Shown here piece by piece: positions 7,811 through 16,572 of a stretch of DNA of 64,000 nt. A program made the position numbers and the translations under genes. How positions within the stretch are numbered: the stretch's first letter is position 1; every line of letters begins with the position of its first letter. Origin of the DNA: Nitrospirota bacterium (lineage in GTDB: Bacteria > Nitrospirota > Thermodesulfovibrionia > UBA6902); contig JACRHB010000220.1 in the NCBI GenBank assembly GCA_016217725.1, positions 11,970-75,969 of the forward strand. The letters are read 5' to 3'. Under the pieces are notes generated by a model. The model searched no databases and was not told the DNA's origin. It saw nothing but the letters and a program-made list of their open reading frames with translations.

Positions 7811-8107
7811 CTATAACCAAGCAGTTTTATCGTATTCGTTGAAGATCAAATCTACTATATCGCTGTAACTTATAACCTTAACGTTGTCGGCGACGTCTGC
7901 ATTGCCCAGGCCCCTTGTCTGCAGGTCGTCTATCAGGACATAAAAGTCGGCTGTTTTTTGCAGCAGGGATGAGGGACTTCCTTTCTCTTTGGTTGTGGCA
8001 TGGTAAACGCCGTTTTGAACAAGTATAATGCAGAGCTTTTCAGGATTTAACCGGTCAAGAGTGTCTACATTAAGCCTGTAATCACTTACAAAAGCAGCTA
8101 ATTTCAT
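7811..8107 (-). CDS. DsrH/TusB-like protein (start at MKLAAF with AGGAGG RBS; ORF-track start 8188)
   Basis: 99 aa; ...LCIILVQNGVYHA... matches the DsrH/TusB LLLQDGV motif; GGAGG 7 nt upstream of ATG 8107. Confidence 0.6.
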   Translation of the reverse strand: MKLAAFVSDYRLNVDTLDRLNPEKLCIILVQNGVYHATTKEKGSPSSLLQKTADFYVLIDDLQTRGLGNADVADNVKVISYSDIVDLIFNEYDKTAWL

Positions 8108-8299
8108 ATGTACCTCCTGAATGGAAAATATGTTGGAAGTTTCTAAAAAAAGATGAATAATTTTATCCGGTAACCAGTTTTTTGTCAAGAAAGAATGAGG
8201 GTATAAAAATTCTTTATAAAAAAGCTTTGACGTAAGCCGTATCCGGTTAACGTGACCGTAAGAAACCGGACACGGACAACGGTCACGATCAACGTTTTT

Positions 8300-9640
8300 T
8301 CATCCTTCCAGCTTTCTCATTATCTCCATAAATCCCGGGAAAGACGTATTAATGCAATCCGTGTCGGAGACCACCGTCTCTCCGTCAGCCAAAAGCCCGG
8401 CGACAGCCAGCGACATTGCGATCCTGTGGTCGCCATAGCTTTGGACCACGGCGGATCTTAACTTTTCCCTACCTTCAATGATAAGGCCGTCTTCAAGCTC
8501 CGCAACATTGACCCCCATCTTCCGCAGCTCCGAAGCAACGGTCGCTATTCTGTCCGATTCCTTCACCCTCAATTCCTTTGCCCCGGTTATCTTTGTTTTT
8601 CCCTGAGCCAATGCCGCAGCTACGCAAAGAATCGGGAATTCGTCTATGGTCTTTGGAACCATCTCGCCGCCGAGATCTATCCCCGAAAGAGTTGAGTGTT
8701 TAACATAAATATCCGCAACGGGCTCTCCGGAGACTTCTCTCTCATTTTCGAGTCTGATGTCGGCGCCCATTGTCTGAAGTATCTCAAGCAACCCCGTTCT
8801 TGTCGGATTGACCCCGGTGTTTTTTATCAATATCTCCGAGCCGGGGACCAATATGCCGGCAGCGATGAAAAAAGCAGCCGATGAGAAATCCGCCGGCACG
8901 GTTAAATCCTGAGGACTTAATACAGTCCTCCCTTTAACGCGTGCCGTTGAACCCTCGACTTTTATCTCTGCTCCTGCCGCTTTCAACATGCGTTCGGTAT
9001 GGTCACGAGACTTTTCAGGCTCAGTTACGGTTGTAACGCCGTCGCAGTAAAGACCGGCAAGCAGAATGGCTGATTTAACCTGTGCGCTTGCAACGGGAGA
9101 TTTATAAGTTATCGGCTTGAGCTCCCCGCCCGTTACACTTAAAGGGGGATAACCGTTTTCCGATTTAAACACCGCGCCCATCTGAGTCAGAGGCTCCATT
9201 ACCCTTCTCATAGGCCTGCGTGTTAATGAGGCGTCGCCTTTCAACATTGCAGAGAACGGCTGACCCGCAAGGACGCCGCAGAGAAGTCTCATCGTTGTTC
9301 CTGAATTCCCGCAGTCTATGTCGCCTTGCGGCTTTCGCAAGCCCGATAGCCCGTTACCGTTGATTATTACTACCCCCCCTTGTTCCCCCCTTAGCAAGGG
9401 GGGGATGGGGGGGTGACTTCTGACTTCTGACTTCTGACTTCTGACTTCTATCTCCACCCCCATCTGTCTGAACGCCCCGACGGTGCTGAGGGGGTCTTCC
9501 GCGTGCAGGAAATTCCTTATAACGCTTTTGCCTTCTGCAAGGGCTGAAAGTATAACGGCGCGATGGGAGATCGATTTGTCCGGCGGGGGGATGAGCTCAC
9601 CGCGCAGAGGGTTTGTGAATTTAATTCTAATCTGATCCAA
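8300..9640 (-). CDS. aroA: 3-phosphoshikimate 1-carboxyvinyltransferase (EPSP synthase), with an in-frame ~23-aa repeat-derived insertion
   Basis: 446 aa; class II EPSPS motifs (ISHRAVILSAL, DCGNSGTTMRLL, RVKESDR); the extra loop VRSQKSEVRSHPPIPPLLRGEQG is encoded by the palindromic/tandem repeat at 9373-9448. Confidence 0.95.
   Translation of the reverse strand: MDQIRIKFTNPLRGELIPPPDKSISHRAVILSALAEGKSVIRNFLHAEDPLSTVGAFRQMGVEIEVRSQKSEVRSHPPIPPLLRGEQGGVVIINGNGLSGLRKPQGDIDCGNSGTTMRLLCGVLAGQPFSAMLKGDASLTRRPMRRVMEPLTQMGAVFKSENGYPPLSVTGGELKPITYKSPVASAQVKSAILLAGLYCDGVTTVTEPEKSRDHTERMLKAAGAEIKVEGSTARVKGRTVLSPQDLTVPADFSSAAFFIAAGILVPGSEILIKNTGVNPTRTGLLEILQTMGADIRLENEREVSGEPVADIYVKHSTLSGIDLGGEMVPKTIDEFPILCVAAALAQGKTKITGAKELRVKESDRIATVASELRKMGVNVAELEDGLIIEGREKLRSAVVQSYGDHRIAMSLAVAGLLADGETVVSDTDCINTSFPGFMEIMRKLEG
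9373..9448. repeat. G-rich palindrome plus (TTCTGAC)n tandem repeat embedded in-frame in aroA
   Basis: cccccccttgttccccccttagcaagggggggatgggggggtgacttctgacttctgacttctgacttc; the same style as the intergenic hairpin repeats. Confidence 0.7.
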
Positions 9641-10487
9641 GGAGTTTTCTTGCCTCTTGGGCCCTTATAAATTCTTTTTCAAGGCCGTCCCAGTCCGATC
9701 TTTCAATAAGCCCTGTTACGTGAGAGATGGAAGAGGAGAATTTTTTTAGACTCTTTAATATATTCTTTTTGTTGCAGGCGCATATATCCCGCCAGAGGCC
9801 CGGGGGGCTTAATGCGATCCTCGTCATGTCCCTCAATCCTCTGCCGCCGTAAGGGAGAATCTTGCCGTCAGCCTTCATGATGCCGTTTACCAATGCATAG
9901 GCGGCCACGTGCGGCATGTGGCTTACCGAGGCATAGATCATGTCATGCGCTTCAGGTTTCATAAGCAATGTTTTTGAGCCGACTGCCTTCCAGAGGGCAA
10001 TAATCGTTTTGAGCGCGTTTTTGTTCGTATTCGGACCGGGGGTAATGATGCAGCGAGCATTCCGATAAAGATCGGCAGAGGCGCAGCTTATGCCGGAGCA
10101 TTCCTTCCCCGCAATTGGATGCGCTCCCACAAAGTGCACGCCTTCCGGCATCAGAGGCTCAATCTTTTTAACTATCAGGGCCTTTACGCTGCCCACGTCG
10201 GTGACTATTGCGCCTTTCTTTATGCCGCCTCTTATATTTCCGACAATCGCTTCAAACTGCCCGACGGGGACCGCAAGTAAAATCAGGTCGGCGTCCTTTA
10301 TACCTTCCGCGTGAGAAGTGGAATAATTGTCTATGATCCCAAGCCTTTTTGCCTTGATTAAATTTTTCTTATTCCTTCCGATGCCGGTTATCCGGCCCTT
10401 GAACCCTTTCTTTTTAAGGGCCAGGGCGAATGAGCTGCCCATAAGTCCGACGCCGATTATTGCAATGTGTTTAAAATGTATGGTCAT
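9627..10487 (-). CDS. tyrA: prephenate (arogenate) dehydrogenase
   Basis: 286 aa; N-terminal Rossmann fold GVGLMGSSFA; TyrA-family core; located within the aromatic amino-acid operon. Confidence 0.85.
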   Translation of the reverse strand: MTIHFKHIAIIGVGLMGSSFALALKKKGFKGRITGIGRNKKNLIKAKRLGIIDNYSTSHAEGIKDADLILLAVPVGQFEAIVGNIRGGIKKGAIVTDVGSVKALIVKKIEPLMPEGVHFVGAHPIAGKECSGISCASADLYRNARCIITPGPNTNKNALKTIIALWKAVGSKTLLMKPEAHDMIYASVSHMPHVAAYALVNGIMKADGKILPYGGRGLRDMTRIALSPPGLWRDICACNKKNILKSLKKFSSSISHVTGLIERSDWDGLEKEFIRAQEARKLLGSD

Positions 10488-10499
10488 AAGTTGTTTTTT

Positions 10500-10555
10500 G
10501 TAGCGTCGGGGTTAATCCCCGACGATGAACGCCCCCGATAAACGAGGGCGCTACG
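10500..10555. repeat. GTAGCG...CGCTAC twin-hairpin element between tyrA and hisC
   Basis: gtagcgtcggggttaatccccgacgatgaacgcccccgataaacgagggcgctac. Confidence 0.55.
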
Positions 10556-11648
10556 TACGGGCGGGTTTTAAACCCGCCCCTTCTTCCTTCAACGCTTCCA
10601 TAAATCTCTTATTCTCCTCAGGGAGTCCTATTGTAACACGGACTGCGCCGGCTCCCATCGGTCTTATGATGACCCCCTTTTGAAGAAGGTCGTTGTACAG
10701 TTTGAAAGCCGTATCTTTTTTCAAAGGGATATAAATGAAATTTGCCTCTGTCGGAACGTAATCCATACCCAAAGCTTCAAGCTCCTTGTAAAGATATTTT
10801 TTGCCTCTTTCGTTTATCCTTTTGGTCTTTGCAAGGTGCTTCTCGTCTTTCAATGCCGCAAGGGCGGCCTTCTGCGCCGGAGAGTTTATGTTGAACGGCT
10901 GCCGCACCTTGTTCATTTCTGTAATTATGGATGCCTTTGCAATTGCATACCCTATCCTGAGACCGGCAAGACCGTATATTTTAGAAAAGGTCCTAAGGAT
11001 AAGTATATCCCTGTCCTGCCTGAAATACTTCATGCCGTCCGCATAATCCGGCGCAGAGACATATTCATAGTATGCTTCATCAACGACCACGAGTACCCCT
11101 TCGGGAATCTTCTCCATAAAGGCGTCCATTTCATCCTTTGTATTTATCGTTCCCGTAGGGTTATTGGGATTTGCAATAAAAATTATCTTTGTCTTTTCCG
11201 TTATCCTTGAAGCCATCTCCTGAAGGTCATGCCGCTGCCCTTTAAGCGGCACAATTATATTGTTGCCGTGCGCCGCCTGAGCAATCGAGGAGTATACGAC
11301 AAAAGAGGGGTGCGCCATTAACGCCTCGTCTCCGGGAGCGAGGAACGTCCTCACCGCCAATTCTATAATCTCATTAGAGCCGTTGCCGAATATTATCTCA
11401 TCCGGGCTGACCCGCAATTTCTCCGACAAGGCCTGACGGAGATAATGGCAGCTTCCGTCAGGATATCTGTTCAGGTCTTTTAAACCCTTGCGAAGCGCCT
11501 GGATTGCGAGAGGCGACGGGCCGAGAGGGTTTTCATTCGATGCAAGCTTTATCGAGCCTTTAATCCCCAGCTCCCGCTCAAGCTCTTCCAACGGCTTGCC
11601 CGGGACGTAAGGCGTTAAGGTTTTTATGTGTTCGGGGGCGTATATCAT
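10551..11648 (-). CDS. hisC: histidinol-phosphate / aromatic aminotransferase (class II PLP aminotransferase); the C-terminal 9 aa are encoded by a palindromic repeat
   Basis: 365 aa; ...KLASNENPLGPSP..., ...TFSKIYGLAGLRIGY (PLP lysine region); the C-terminus ...EEGAGLKPART comes from the gggcgggttttaaacccgccc element. Confidence 0.9.
   Translation of the reverse strand: MIYAPEHIKTLTPYVPGKPLEELERELGIKGSIKLASNENPLGPSPLAIQALRKGLKDLNRYPDGSCHYLRQALSEKLRVSPDEIIFGNGSNEIIELAVRTFLAPGDEALMAHPSFVVYSSIAQAAHGNNIIVPLKGQRHDLQEMASRITEKTKIIFIANPNNPTGTINTKDEMDAFMEKIPEGVLVVVDEAYYEYVSAPDYADGMKYFRQDRDILILRTFSKIYGLAGLRIGYAIAKASIITEMNKVRQPFNINSPAQKAALAALKDEKHLAKTKRINERGKKYLYKELEALGMDYVPTEANFIYIPLKKDTAFKLYNDLLQKGVIIRPMGAGAVRVTIGLPEENKRFMEALKEEGAGLKPART
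10558..10595. repeat. palindrome GGGCGGGTTTTAAACCCGCCC(CTTCTTCCTTCA), copy 1 (the hisC 3' end is encoded inside it); copy 2 at 14257-14294 lies in-frame inside the Mo-enzyme gene
   Basis: A ~35-nt block shared with 14257-14294; both encode ..EGAGLKPA.. on the minus strand. Confidence 0.7.
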
Positions 11649-11651
11649 GAG

Positions 11652-11710
11652 GAAGTTGTTAGTTGTTAGTTGTTAGTCCAAAAACTAAAAACTAACAACT
11701 AACAACTTTT
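11652..11710. repeat. (GTTGTTAG)n/(CTAACAAC)n palindrome between pheA and hisC (same family as 3162-3213)
   Basis: gaagttgttagttgttagttgttagtccaaaaactaaaaactaacaactaacaactttt. Confidence 0.65.
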
Positions 11711-11713
11711 TGT

Positions 11714-12781
11714 TCATTCCGCCGACGGGTAGGAACCCAGAACCTTCAGATAAAGACATTCCTTTTTTACTTCATTAAGCGCCTTCTTGACCCCTTTGTC
11801 TTCCATATGGCCTTCCATGTCTATGAAGAAGATGTATTCCCATGCCTTTCTCCTCGAAGGCCTGGATTCGATCTTTGTGAGGCTGATTTTGTTTCTCGCA
11901 AACGGCCTCAATATTGAATAAAGGGCGCCGGCTCTGTCTTTTATGGACAGCATGACCGACGTCTTGTCCTTGCCCGTCACGAGCGGCGATTCTTTTGCAA
12001 TCACCAGGAAGCGGGTGAAATTGTTTTTGTAGTCCTCTATTCCCTTTTCAACGAATTTGAGATTATAAACCGAGGCGGCAAGCTCGCTTGCAACCGCAGC
12101 CGCAGAGGGGTCTTTTGAGACGCGCTTGGCAGCAGCGGCGGTGCTCAGCTCCTCAACGACCGGCGTGCCCGGGAAATTCTTTTCGAGCCAGCCCTTGCAC
12201 TGCGCCGTCGCCTGCGGATAGGAATAGATCTTGTTTATGTCCGACCTTACGCCTGTTTTTGACAGGAGGTTGTGCCTTATCTCAAGCATTATCTCAAAGG
12301 CGATCTTTAAATCCGAATCGATAAATACGTCGAGGGTTGAATTGACCACCCCTTCGGTTGAATTTTCGATCGGCACCACTCCGTACTGCGCCTTCCCCCT
12401 CGCCACCGCTTCAAAGACGCCCTTTATGGTGCTTTCGGGCAGGTATTCCGCAGAGGAGCCGAATTTCCTGATCGATGCAAGATGCGTGAAAGTTGCGGTC
12501 GGCCCGAGATAGGCGACCTTTAAAGGCTGCTGCAGGGAGAGCGACGCGGAGAGGATTTCTTCATAGATCAGCTTTAGGGCATTGTCGGGAAACGGCCCCG
12601 GGTTGTTTCCCGAAAGTCTTCTCAGTACCTCTCTCTCTCTTTCGGGTGAATGGATGTTTAAATTCTTATCCTGTTTTGCCTTGCCGATCTCTATCGCGAT
12701 CTCCGCCCTCCTGTTCAGTAATTCGAGGATGCGGAGGTCGAGCTCGTCGATCTTTTTCCGGAGCTTATCGAGTTCAGACAT
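11714..12781 (-). CDS. pheA: bifunctional chorismate mutase / prephenate dehydratase (P-protein); start at MSELDKLRK (ORF-track start 12934)
   Basis: CM domain (LDKLRKKIDELDLRILELLNRRAEIAIEIG), PDT domain (VAYLGPTATFTHLA...) and C-terminal ACT domain. Confidence 0.9.
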   Translation of the reverse strand: MSELDKLRKKIDELDLRILELLNRRAEIAIEIGKAKQDKNLNIHSPEREREVLRRLSGNNPGPFPDNALKLIYEEILSASLSLQQPLKVAYLGPTATFTHLASIRKFGSSAEYLPESTIKGVFEAVARGKAQYGVVPIENSTEGVVNSTLDVFIDSDLKIAFEIMLEIRHNLLSKTGVRSDINKIYSYPQATAQCKGWLEKNFPGTPVVEELSTAAAAKRVSKDPSAAAVASELAASVYNLKFVEKGIEDYKNNFTRFLVIAKESPLVTGKDKTSVMLSIKDRAGALYSILRPFARNKISLTKIESRPSRRKAWEYIFFIDMEGHMEDKGVKKALNEVKKECLYLKVLGSYPSAE

Positions 12782-13047
12782 GATGAAGGTTAATTTAGCA
12801 ATTACCCCCGGATTTTTCAAGGGATGGGCTTTTAACTTAAGAACGGCAGTTATATCCACAGATTTCACAGATAAAGACAATGACATAAATGAGATAGTCA
12901 CATATTGTATATTCACCCAAAAGGTGAAAGGCAAAAGTCAGTTAAGCTTTTAATAACTCTGTGATAATCTGCGTTAATCTGTGGATAAATGCTTTTTTTA
13001 GGTTTAAGGATTTGTAGAAGCAAAAAACCGGCCTTGGCAGGAGTCAG

Positions 13048-13126
13048 GAGTTAAGAGTTAAGAGTTAAGAGTTAAGAGTTGAGAGTTAACGGGCTCTAAA
13101 ACTTTTAACTTTTAACTTTCAACTTC
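13048..13126. repeat. (GAGTTA)n ... (AACTTTTA)n imperfect palindromic word-repeat; overlaps the stop of the Mo-oxidoreductase gene
   Basis: gagttaagagttaagagttaagagttaagagttgagagttaacgggctctaaaacttttaacttttaactttcaacttc. Confidence 0.6.
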
Positions 13127-16100
13127 TTTAATCATCCTCACCATCACGTCCCCGAACCCGGGCATGCCGGTGAAAGGGGAAAGGTTATCCGGATCGAGGC
13201 ATTCATTGATATTCGGAATGTATTCGGAGACATTATTTATAAAACCCGGGCCGGAAGCCTTTTGTCCGCCGGGACCGAATGCGGTCTTGATGACGCCCGG
13301 CATTACTTCTTCCGTCAGAAAAACTTTCCCGCTCACCCGCTTTTTGAAGGGCGTTTCGAGCGCTATGACGTCTCCGTTTTTAACACCCAGCCGCTCGCCG
13401 TCGGAATTATTCACGGCTAAGACGGGAATGGAGCCCCCTTCATCCAGCCGCTTCATGCACTCCGTCTCCGTTTCCGCAAGATACGGGCAGACCGCCGTCA
13501 TCGTCATTGAATGATGGACCCTGCCTGTAATCAACTGGAACGGATACTCCCTGCTTATCTGTTTGTATTGTGAATTCTTCGGATTCCATTTGCAGTCTCT
13601 CCAGTAAAAGGTCGTCGGGAAACCGGTCCCGAGCCTTCTGTTGCTGTTTTCGAGGTAACCGAACTTGAATTCAAATTTCCCTGAGCCGGTCTTCGGATAT
13701 ACGCCGGATGAGGCGCCGGTTGACTTTCTGTGCCTGTAATAGCTTGCAGGCCATACCGCTGCGCCGTTATGTTTTCTGAGCCAGTCCACTGTGAGCGGTT
13801 CGCCCTGTTTGAGGAGCTTCTTTCCCCAGACGGCGGTCGGATTATCCGGTGCGCCGGTTATCAAACAGCCTTCCGGCAGATCCGGGTAAGGGAGCGGTTC
13901 TCCGACATTGTAATACCCCGGCGTTTCGGCAAGGAGCTCATTTATAAAATCCTCTTCTTCGTTATATCTCCGCCCGAAATCTTCCGCCCTGACGTCGGGA
14001 TCGCCGTTTCTTACTAATGCTTCGGAAAGGGTAAGCATAATTTCAAAGGGAGTCCTTGCTTCATAAAGAGGCTTGATTACCTGATCCCTGATCGCTATTT
14101 CCGGGCTCATTGTGTAAACGTCGCTGACTCCCATCCTTTCGAGATAACCGGCTTCGGGCAGAATTATGTCCGCATATTTCCCGGTTTCAGAAATGTGCGT
14201 GTCGATAAAGACTATAAGCTCAAGCTGGTATCTGCTTAAGGATTCCCCTTCATCCGTAGGGGCGGGTTTTAAACCCGCCCCTTCTCCTTCATCAAAAGGA
14301 AGGGGCAGGAGATCGTTTTTCAAGGTCAAGGCGTCAATCCAGTCCGGGGTGCTGCCTGCCGTCATGACGGGATTGCCCGCCCTTGTTATAAAGGCCTTTA
14401 CCGGGTAGGAATAGTCTTTAAAGACCCCGTGCTTTAGCTTTATCCCGTCCCTTATTTTTTGCGGCAGATCGGCCAACACGCCTTTCCATGCAGCCGGGAA
14501 ATCGCCGAAAAGATCTTTATGAAGCCCGGAAAGCTTGTCCGAAACCTCGCTCCCGTCAATATTTCTGCCGACGACCTTTTCCAGAAAATCTTTTCCTGCG
14601 GCTTTATCCCCCCTCCGGGGCTTTTGTGAATCGATGAATACAAGCCCTCCCGGCGTATCGATATTGCCCGTTATCAAGCAGAGCGCCGTCATGAGTATCG
14701 ATGAAACGTCGCCGTTTGCATGGTGTGAAACGCCGTGCATCCCCAGCTCGATCGAGGCGGGCTTTGTGCTGCCGAAAAGGTGCGATATCCTGATGATGTT
14801 TTCCGCGGATATCCCCGTCTTCTCCGCCGCCCATTCAAGGGTGAAAAATTTCATATCGTTTGAAGGGTCTCTCTTTTCCGAGTATGAAAGGAGCGCGTCT
14901 TTGAATTCCTCCCAGCCGTTTGTGTAATTTTTTATGAAATCGTGATCTATATATTTCTGCTCCGGATCATTCTGGATGATGTAATGGAGCATTGCCGCAA
15001 GCAGCGCCGCATCCGTCCCCGGTGTTATGGGAAGCCATATGTCCGCATGAGCGGCGGAATTGGTATATGCGGGGTCAATCACAATATACATGCATCCGTT
15101 TTCTTTTGCCGCAGGTATCCCCCGGGACATGTAATTGAATCTCGTCGCCACAAACGGGTTGGCCCCGAGATTCAGGATGAGCTTTGCGTCATGCTCCCTT
15201 TTGAGATGCAGCCCGCCGTCGTCATCTCTGATCAATAAAGGCCGTTGAACGTCGGGCAGCGGTCTTTCATCGCCTAACATAAGGCCCTGTCCCCATCTGC
15301 GGTTGGGATCGCAAATGCTGCCGTGGTTGTATGTGTTCGGAGTGCCGAAGGCATGAAACAGCCTGTAATACGCCTCTCTGTCGGTCACGTCGCCGCAGTC
15401 TAAAAAAACGGATTCCGCCCCGTATCTGTTTTTTATCTCGAGCAGCTTCTTTGCAATATAATCGGAAGCCTCCTCCCACGTGATTTCCTTCCATTTATCC
15501 TCGCCCCTTTCCCCGGTCCTTATCAGAGGGGTTTTTATCCTGTGAGGAGAGTATGTAAGCTGCAGCCCGGAAGCGCCCTTTGCGCAGAAGGCCCCGTTGT
15601 TTACAAGTGTATGCGGACTGCCGTATATTTTTTTGGCAATGCCGTTGTCAACAAGCACGGATATCCCGCATTCGGAAGGGCACATGGCGCATGATGAATA
15701 TCTTGATTTTAATGTGCCTTCTGTCTGTTCAGGAGATTTCTTTACCTTAATGCGTCGGGTAGATTTTGTGTCTGAGGGGATCGTATAATCCTTCAGCGGA
15801 GCATTGCAGACGTCACCTTTAAAGATGTAAAAGACCGAGGGGTTGGTCCCGAGCTCGGGATTGAGGACTTTTAACTGATGCTTGGAAAGCTCAGCCGATA
15901 TTTCACTTTTGGGGTCGTTTATGTCGCCGAAAAGCATCGCCCTCCCCATGCAGCTCTGCGCACAGACTGGCTGAAGACCCCTTGTAATTCTTTCATAGCA
16001 GAAATCGCATTTCTCGGCCTGTCCCGTGCTCGGGCTTATCTCGATCGCGTTATAAGGGCATTTATCCTCGCACATCTTGCAGCCGATACAGCCGCTCCCA

Positions 16101-16369
16101 TTCAAGATGACGACGCCGTCCTGATTTTTATAAAGGGCTTTCTCCTTGCATTCTTCAATGCACGGTGCAGTATCGCAGTGATTGCAGAGACGGGGAAGGA
16201 AAACTTTTTTGATTTGCGGATAACCGCCGGACCGATAAGTCTCAACCCTGCAGCGGAAAGCTCCAAACGGGATATTATATTCAGCCTTGCACGTTACCTG
16301 ACAGGCGTGGCATCCGATGCACCTGTCGAGGTCGATCAACATTCCGTATCTCTTTTGATGTTTCGCCAT
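13112..16369 (-). CDS. molybdopterin (MopB-family) oxidoreductase fused to an N-terminal 4x[4Fe-4S] ferredoxin module (PsrB/PsrA-like fusion); no Tat signal
   Basis: 1085 aa; the N-terminal ~190 aa carry four CxxCxxCxxxCP ferredoxin motifs (CIGCHACQVTC...CNHCDTAPCIEEC...CIGCKMCEDKCP...); then the MopB CxxCxxxC (CAMCPSECG) and Molybdop_Fe4S4, Molybdopterin and Molydop_binding regions. Confidence 0.85.
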   Translation of the reverse strand: MAKHQKRYGMLIDLDRCIGCHACQVTCKAEYNIPFGAFRCRVETYRSGGYPQIKKVFLPRLCNHCDTAPCIEECKEKALYKNQDGVVILNGSGCIGCKMCEDKCPYNAIEISPSTGQAEKCDFCYERITRGLQPVCAQSCMGRAMLFGDINDPKSEISAELSKHQLKVLNPELGTNPSVFYIFKGDVCNAPLKDYTIPSDTKSTRRIKVKKSPEQTEGTLKSRYSSCAMCPSECGISVLVDNGIAKKIYGSPHTLVNNGAFCAKGASGLQLTYSPHRIKTPLIRTGERGEDKWKEITWEEASDYIAKKLLEIKNRYGAESVFLDCGDVTDREAYYRLFHAFGTPNTYNHGSICDPNRRWGQGLMLGDERPLPDVQRPLLIRDDDGGLHLKREHDAKLILNLGANPFVATRFNYMSRGIPAAKENGCMYIVIDPAYTNSAAHADIWLPITPGTDAALLAAMLHYIIQNDPEQKYIDHDFIKNYTNGWEEFKDALLSYSEKRDPSNDMKFFTLEWAAEKTGISAENIIRISHLFGSTKPASIELGMHGVSHHANGDVSSILMTALCLITGNIDTPGGLVFIDSQKPRRGDKAAGKDFLEKVVGRNIDGSEVSDKLSGLHKDLFGDFPAAWKGVLADLPQKIRDGIKLKHGVFKDYSYPVKAFITRAGNPVMTAGSTPDWIDALTLKNDLLPLPFDEGEGAGLKPAPTDEGESLSRYQLELIVFIDTHISETGKYADIILPEAGYLERMGVSDVYTMSPEIAIRDQVIKPLYEARTPFEIMLTLSEALVRNGDPDVRAEDFGRRYNEEEDFINELLAETPGYYNVGEPLPYPDLPEGCLITGAPDNPTAVWGKKLLKQGEPLTVDWLRKHNGAAVWPASYYRHRKSTGASSGVYPKTGSGKFEFKFGYLENSNRRLGTGFPTTFYWRDCKWNPKNSQYKQISREYPFQLITGRVHHSMTMTAVCPYLAETETECMKRLDEGGSIPVLAVNNSDGERLGVKNGDVIALETPFKKRVSGKVFLTEEVMPGVIKTAFGPGGQKASGPGFINNVSEYIPNINECLDPDNLSPFTGMPGFGDVMVRMIKEVES

Positions 16370-16572
16370 CAGTTTTATATTACTAAACAGACCGTCTTTT
16401 TGTGAACTTTGGAACGTAATGAACAGCGTATGCAGAAAAAAATAAGTGAAAAAAATGACGCTGCAGAAAATTGAGAAGATGTTAAATCAAGCTTACTTGA
16501 CTTCCCATCTTCTCATTTAATGACATTTAAAAATAGGAGGGAGACATGATTGTAAATACGCTGCTTGCGTGG

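Noticed and set aside
9306-9320. 'attcccgcagtct' 13-mer inside aroA, matching the core of the GTCATTCCCG MITE family
   Set aside because: On the coding strand it encodes the conserved EPSP synthase motif D-C-G-N-S-G. The match is coincidental and not a repeat insertion.
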